A stretch of DNA of 64,000 bases from Bradymonadia bacterium (GTDB lineage Bacteria > Myxococcota_A > Bradymonadia > UBA7976 > UBA1532), in the NCBI GenBank assembly GCA_046290225.1, contig JBKAGE010000079.1:216861-280860 (forward strand). The letters are read 5' to 3'. The stretch's first letter is position 1. Each line of letters opens with the position of its first letter. A model generated the notes under the pieces. It was not told the DNA's origin. It searched no databases and worked only from the letters and a program-made list of their open reading frames with translations. Below are positions 58,452-64,000 of the stretch, in pieces. Position numbers and translations under genes: made by a program.

Positions 58452-61400
58452 ATGACGAAGAATTCACGCCGCTCACGCATTCAGTGGGCTTGTTTTGTGG
58501 CGTTGTTGGCGACAGGGTTGGGGGCCACCACGGCCTCAGCGCTGTCTGTGGTGACGGTGCCACAGAGCCCGCAGGACACGACGATCCCCCATGGGGCGAT
58601 CAACAACGAGCCGACGCGATTCATGGCCATCGCCCGCGATGGCGCGGCACCTTACACGGTGTCGTGGGACTACGACGGCAACGGCACGTGGGACACGACG
58701 TTCAACACGAACGACCCCTACAACCTGGCCGCTGACTACACATATCCGGTTCAGGCCAGCGACAACCTGTTCGTGGCCAACGTGCGGGTGGTCGATGGTG
58801 GGGGCAACACTGCATTCGGCAGCTTCCCCGTCCTCGTCTACGCCAATGTGCCCCGACTCTCTCAGGCCAACTCTGCCACTGAAGAGCAGCTCAACGTGAT
58901 GCGGAACCGGGCCATCACCCGGGGCCTCTGGTGGCTGCACGTGAACTACTTCGCCGGCCGGGCGGGCTCAGGCTCTGCGATCTCGGGCTACATGGACAAG
59001 CGCGATGGTCTGAGGGCAGGAAGTTACGCAACGGTGGATTATGCGCTCACGGGTGCATACCTCTGGGCCCTGGCGCTCAACGGGCACTTCCCAGCCTATG
59101 AGCCCGGCACCTACGCGGGCCCCTCAACCCCAGACTGGGTGGCTCAGAACAACGCCCTCTGGAACAACACCCCCTTCGCAGAAGACGCCATCCGCATGGT
59201 CAACTGGGGGCTGAACACCTTTAATTTCGTCAACATCCCCGCCGCTGACGAGGCAGACGACGGCAACCCTGCCATCGCTGGCACCAATGACGGCATCGGG
59301 TTCGCGTGGACCACCACCAGGTACGGCACCTACTCCATGCCACACCTCCTGGGTGGTTTTGCCGCAGCGACCAAGGTGCTGGTGGGCACCAACACCCAGA
59401 CCGGCAACGCCACTTACGTGAGCGGCCGCACCTGGCCCTACATCATGCAGCAGATCGTGGACTGGGCGGTCTTCGCTCAGATGGACGGCGGACAGGACGT
59501 CAACGGCGCTGGGGCGTGGCTCTACACCGCCAACCCTGGCACTTCGGCCAGCAACGCCGACGGCTCGACCACCCAGTGGATGATGATTGGCCTCGAGGCT
59601 GCAAAGCGTAAGTTCGAGGACGAAGGCGTCTACCTCAACAACATGCTCATCGGCCGCATCGCCAACCAGCTCCGTTTTGGCCAGGACTCGATCTCTGGTG
59701 GGGTGAAGTACCGCAACAGCGCGACGTGGGCCGACGGATGGAGTGGCGGTTATGGCCGCCTCAACCTGACCGGCGGCGGCGTGGTGGGCTCTGGCCTGCT
59801 GAATTGGAACGACACCACCCAGTTCAACTGTGATGGCTCGAATGGTGTGGTGACGACGAACCAGCCATACCTGGGCTACACGTCGTTGACGCGCTGTGAT
59901 GCCCACAACATCTACACCCGCTACTACAACTACCTGACCACGTACTACAACTCGCACTGGAATGACGGGAACTACAACACGAACACCGTCACTGCCGGTC
60001 GTATGTACGCGATCTACAGTACTCAGAAGGGCGCCCGCTCTCTCATCCCAGAGCTTCCGGCGTACGGCGCCCGTGATTGGTACCGCGAGTTCAGCGTTTA
60101 TCTGGTGAAGTCGCAGTACAGCGCGGGCCAGTGGGTGAGTAATGATGGTTACATTTCCCAGAACTACACGGCCACTGACCTGAACACTGCCTACGGCGTG
60201 CTGATTCTGACGCCTTCTCTGTTCAACCCGAAGCCCGAGGCTGTGGGTCAGGCCAACCCGGCCACCGTGGTCGAAGGTTGCACCGGCGCCGGGGCCGGCG
60301 AGGTCACCGTGAGCCACGCTGACTCTTTCCACCCCGATCCCGAGAACCAGATCGCCGCCTACCAGTGGGATGTCGACAACAGCGATGGTGTCTGGTGGGA
60401 CACGGGCGCTGCCCCCGACTTCGAGACTGCTGATCGCAACCAGTCGTTCACCCACACCTACACCACCCGAGGGACCTACACGCTGACCTTGCGCGTGGTC
60501 GACGAGGCTCAGCCCGAGGCAGGCACTGACATCGCCAACTTCACGGTGACGGTGGAGGCAGGCGAGAACCTGGCACCTTCAGCGAACGCGAACGGGGCAT
60601 ACGTCATCAACGACGGTGACGATCTGACGCTGAACGGCTCTGGCTCGGATCCGAACACAAACTGTGGAGACAGCATCTCTGCAGCATGGGATCTGGACGG
60701 CGATGGTGCGTTCGACGACGCGATTGGCCTCACGCCCACAGTCGGTGCTGGCGCCTTGAGCGGTCTTGCCCGGAGCCAGGCGCTTCCGATTACGCTTCGG
60801 GTGACGGACAGCGCAGGTGCTTCGACTGACTCTTCGACGACCCTGACGATCTTCAACAACCGTCCGCTGGCGTGCTTCAACGTCAACCCGAACCGTGGCT
60901 CTTGCGGTCAGGCCATCACCCTCGACGCCGGGTGTACGACGCACCTCGCGCCTGATGGCCAGATTGTGGGCTACAGCTGGGATCTGAACAACGACGGGAC
61001 CTTCGGTGACTCCACCGACGTGTCCACCCAGATTACCCCCAACGCCTTTGGCGACATCACCGTGACTCTGCGGGTGACGGACAGCGAAGGCACCACGGAC
61101 GACGAGACCATCGTGATTCCCGTGGACCAGGGCAACAGCCCGCCGACGGCGAACGCGAACGGCCCCTACCAGGTGCTCTTGAACAGCAGCGTGACCCTCT
61201 CTGCTGCAGGCTCGAGCGATCCGGACGGGGCGTGTGGTGACAGCATCGTGTCCTACAGCTGGGACTTGGATGGCAACGGTGTCTTCGGTGACGCCGTAGG
61301 TGCCAGCCCCGAGGTGACGGGTGCAGCGCTTCAGGGCCTTGGCCTGGGCGTCGCGAGCCCCACCAGCGGCCAGCCCCGCCACGAGATTCGGGTGCGGGTG

Positions 61401-64000
61401 ACCGACAGCCTCGGTGTGAGCAACGAAGACACCGCCGTTCTGGTGCTGTACGGCTCCGCGCCGGTGGCTGTGGGGCTGCAGGATCCCCAGGTGGGCGCCA
61501 TTCTGATCGAGCAGTTCGACCCCAACATCGCAGGTGTGGCGATCGTGCTGCTGGACGGCACGCGCTCCTACCACGAGGACCCCAACAAGGGCATCGTGCA
61601 GTGGGCCTGGGACGTTGACGACGATGGCAGCGTGGACGCCAACGGCTCCAGCGCCAACATTCCCGTCTTCTTCCCCGAAATGCCCGATGGTGAGACGACC
61701 CGTACGATTCGCCTGACTGTCACCGACAACACCGGGACTCAGGCCACGACGACTTTCCAGGCGGCTTACAAGCCCCCCCCGACGCCTCCCAGCACCGATG
61801 CTGACCCCGATGACGACCTGCCCGAGGATGGCTACACCATCAACCTCGGCGATGGCGTCACCTTCGACGGCAGCAACACCACCGACCCCGACGTTGCAGA
61901 GTTCAACGACTACGTGAAGACCATGGAGTGGGACATCGACGGCGATGGCACCTACGACTACAGCTTCACCCGTAACGATGCCTTCGACAACCTCGACATG
62001 ACCGTCGCGCTGACCGCACAGGATCTGGCCAACTACGGCATCGACAGCCCTGGTGACTACGTTGTGACTCTGCGTGCTCGCGACAGCATTGGCTTGAGCG
62101 CCACTGACACCACGACCCTCACCGTGCTCGGTGTTGCTCCCGTGGCAATCATCAGCGCCGACGGTGGTCAGGCTGCTTGTGGTGCCCCCGTGGACTTCAG
62201 CGCTTCCGAGAGCTACCACGAGAACCCCAACCGCAACATCATCAGCTACAGCTGGGACTTCGACGGCGATGGCAACGAGGATTCCGACCAGGTGTCCGAC
62301 ACTTTCCAGTTCCCGGCCTTCGGTGACTACACTGCCAGCCTGACTGTGACCGACGACTTCGGCACTCAGGCCACTGAGACCTTCGAGATCAGCGTCACGG
62401 GTGGCAACCAGCCTCCTGTGGCGGGTACCAACGGGCCCTTCGTCATCAACGTCGGGCAGACCCTCTCCGTCAGCGGCGCGTCCTCCGTCGACCCCAACAC
62501 CGACTGTGGTGACGCCATCGTGCGTTACAACTGGGACTTCGACAACGACGGCTTCTACGATCTCTCCACCGTCAACGCCAATGGCAGCATCGACTACAAC
62601 ACGCTGACCAACACCGCCAACGTGTTGGTGGCGAACCCCTCGACGGGTGAGCCCAAGAACACTGTGACGCTGACCGTTGAAGACGGTCAGGGCGCGGTGG
62701 ACACCATCAGCACGACCCTGACGATCTACGGGACTGACCCTGTGGCCTCTGCGAACGTGGACCAGGGCGTCGTTGGCTGTCAGTCACCGGTGACGTTCAG
62801 CCCTGCTGGCACCTACCACCAGGACCCCCGTCGTAGCATCGTGAGCTACCAGTGGGACATCGACTACGACGGCAACTTCCAGGTGGACTTCAACGCTGAG
62901 TCCCCCAGCTTCACGTTCACCGCGCCTGGGGCACACACTGTGGCGCTCCGTGTCACTGATGATCAGGGCCGTACGGACATTGACCTTGTCACCGTCGACC
63001 TGTCGATTCAGAACGTCGCCCCCACTGCTGATGCAGGTGGTCCCTACCAGACTGCAATCGTAAACGGTGCTGCTGTGCCCGTGGACATCGACGCCAGCGC
63101 CTCTTTCGACGCCAACGCACCCTGTGACAGGATCGTGAGCTACGAGTGGGACTTCAACGGTGATGGTGTCTTCGACGATGCCAACGGCGCCATCGTCGAG
63201 GGCTACACCAACCCCAACTGGGCCCCTGGCCTCTCCCAGGTCGTCAAGGTCCGTATCACGGACGAGAGTGGCGCCACTGCTGAGTCACAAGCTCAGATTC
63301 AGGTCCAGGCCGAGCCGCCTCCGAGCGTCGAGGCCCTCACGCCTGAGGCTGGTTTGCGCATTTGTGCCGCCACCACCGCCACCTTCAACGTCAGCGACCC
63401 CGAGGGTGATGTCGTCACCGTCATCGCCCGGATCGGGAATGATGAGCTGGGTCGTGTTGATGTGGACACCCCCGACGACGGCTCCTCCGTGGGCGGCTCC
63501 ATCAACTTCAACCCCGGCGATTTCGAGGATGGTGATTACCTCGTGACCTTCACCGCCCGCGATGCTGGTGGTGGTGAAGACCAGGACGTGACGGGCGGCA
63601 CCTTCGCCATCACGTGTGACTCCGACGCTGACGGCGACCTTGTGCCCGACGTCGAGGACAACTGCCCCAACGACGCCAACCTGGACCAGGCTGACACTGA
63701 CGGTGACGGCCTCGGTGACGCCTGTGACGCCTGCATCTTCGACGCTGACAACGACGTCGATGGTGATGGCATTTGCGGCGACGTCGACAACTGCCCCCGC
63801 CACGCCAACCCCGACCAGGTTGACGCCAATGGTGACGGCTTCGGTGACGTGTGCATCGACCCCACGGCTGACTTGGGCGACCGCGGCAACATCGGCGACG
63901 GTGTGGGCGTGGGCGCTGGCTCCGACGTGGGCAACGACGCCATCATCGGCAACAACGTAGACATCGGCGACAACGTGGACTTCGGCAACGCTGTGGACCT
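58452..64000 (+). CDS. Giant secreted protein (>1800 aa, truncated) with cyclase-like barrel, ~11 PKD-like repeats, TSP3 repeats and hexapeptide repeats
   Basis: Hand translation from ATG 58452 (MTKNSRRSRIQWACFVALLATGLGATTASA), spot-checked as the same frame at 63615 and 63861; repeated Y(S/Q/E)WDxDxDG; DNCPNDANLDQADTDGDG. Not in the ORF track because there is no stop in the window. Confidence 0.88.
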   Translation, partial: MTKNSRRSRIQWACFVALLATGLGATTASALSVVTVPQSPQDTTIPHGAINNEPTRFMAIARDGAAPYTVSWDYDGNGTWDTTFNTNDPYNLAADYTYPVQASDNLFVANVRVVDGGGNTAFGSFPVLVYANVPRLSQANSATEEQLNVMRNRAITRGLWWLHVNYFAGRAGSGSAISGYMDKRDGLRAGSYATVDYALTGAYLWALALNGHFPAYEPGTYAGPSTPDWVAQNNALWNNTPFAEDAIRMVNWGLNTFNFVNIPAADEADDGNPAIAGTNDGIGFAWTTTRYGTYSMPHLLGGFAAATKVLVGTNTQTGNATYVSGRTWPYIMQQIVDWAVFAQMDGGQDVNGAGAWLYTANPGTSASNADGSTTQWMMIGLEAAKRKFEDEGVYLNNMLIGRIANQLRFGQDSISGGVKYRNSATWADGWSGGYGRLNLTGGGVVGSGLLNWNDTTQFNCDGSNGVVTTNQPYLGYTSLTRCDAHNIYTRYYNYLTTYYNSHWNDGNYNTNTVTAGRMYAIYSTQKGARSLIPELPAYGARDWYREFSVYLVKSQYSAGQWVSNDGYISQNYTATDLNTAYGVLILTPSLFNPKPEAVGQANPATVVEGCTGAGAGEVTVSHADSFHPDPENQIAAYQWDVDNSDGVWWDTGAAPDFETADRNQSFTHTYTTRGTYTLTLRVVDEAQPEAGTDIANFTVTVEAGENLAPSANANGAYVINDGDDLTLNGSGSDPNTNCGDSISAAWDLDGDGAFDDAIGLTPTVGAGALSGLARSQALPITLRVTDSAGASTDSSTTLTIFNNRPLACFNVNPNRGSCGQAITLDAGCTTHLAPDGQIVGYSWDLNNDGTFGDSTDVSTQITPNAFGDITVTLRVTDSEGTTDDETIVIPVDQGNSPPTANANGPYQVLLNSSVTLSAAGSSDPDGACGDSIVSYSWDLDGNGVFGDAVGASPEVTGAALQGLGLGVASPTSGQPRHEIRVRVTDSLGVSNEDTAVLVLYGSAPVAVGLQDPQVGAILIEQFDPNIAGVAIVLLDGTRSYHEDPNKGIVQWAWDVDDDGSVDANGSSANIPVFFPEMPDGETTRTIRLTVTDNTGTQATTTFQAAYKPPPTPPSTDADPDDDLPEDGYTINLGDGVTFDGSNTTDPDVAEFNDYVKTMEWDIDGDGTYDYSFTRNDAFDNLDMTVALTAQDLANYGIDSPGDYVVTLRARDSIGLSATDTTTLTVLGVAPVAIISADGGQAACGAPVDFSASESYHENPNRNIISYSWDFDGDGNEDSDQVSDTFQFPAFGDYTASLTVTDDFGTQATETFEISVTGGNQPPVAGTNGPFVINVGQTLSVSGASSVDPNTDCGDAIVRYNWDFDNDGFYDLSTVNANGSIDYNTLTNTANVLVANPSTGEPKNTVTLTVEDGQGAVDTISTTLTIYGTDPVASANVDQGVVGCQSPVTFSPAGTYHQDPRRSIVSYQWDIDYDGNFQVDFNAESPSFTFTAPGAHTVALRVTDDQGRTDIDLVTVDLSIQNVAPTADAGGPYQTAIVNGAAVPVDIDASASFDANAPCDRIVSYEWDFNGDGVFDDANGAIVEGYTNPNWAPGLSQVVKVRITDESGATAESQAQIQVQAEPPPSVEALTPEAGLRICAATTATFNVSDPEGDVVTVIARIGNDELGRVDVDTPDDGSSVGGSINFNPGDFEDGDYLVTFTARDAGGGEDQDVTGGTFAITCDSDADGDLVPDVEDNCPNDANLDQADTDGDGLGDACDACIFDADNDVDGDGICGDVDNCPRHANPDQVDANGDGFGDVCIDPTADLGDRGNIGDGVGVGAGSDVGNDAIIGNNVDIGDNVDFGNAVD

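Overview
This is a GC-rich bacterial window. Cys-rich lipoproteins, a MYXO-CTERM-like tail and a Hanks kinase-ATPase-TPR protein suggest a Myxococcota-like organism (inference). It carries a cation-chloride-cotransporter-like permease, Leu dehydrogenase, a diguanylate cyclase and a complete trpEGDCFBA operon. The operon is preceded by an unannotated 4xTrp leader peptide with a full attenuator. Further along are duplicated pentapeptide-repeat genes, a degenerate enhancer-binding protein, a doubled di-heme oxidoreductase, peptidoglycan-type peptidases, infA, a PilT with a duplicated N-domain and several giant surface proteins. The best candidate for a novel system is a tightly packed four-gene operon at 42061-45457. 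It encodes a putative partner protein, a DUF692/MNIO oxidase, a TPM-like membrane protein and a 391-aa apparently soluble protein ending in (GSSC)6-GGGC-GGCG. This looks like RiPP-type Cys modification of a full-size protein's tail. No mobile element, rRNA, tRNA or CRISPR array was seen. All family calls come from motif recognition by eye, not from database searches.
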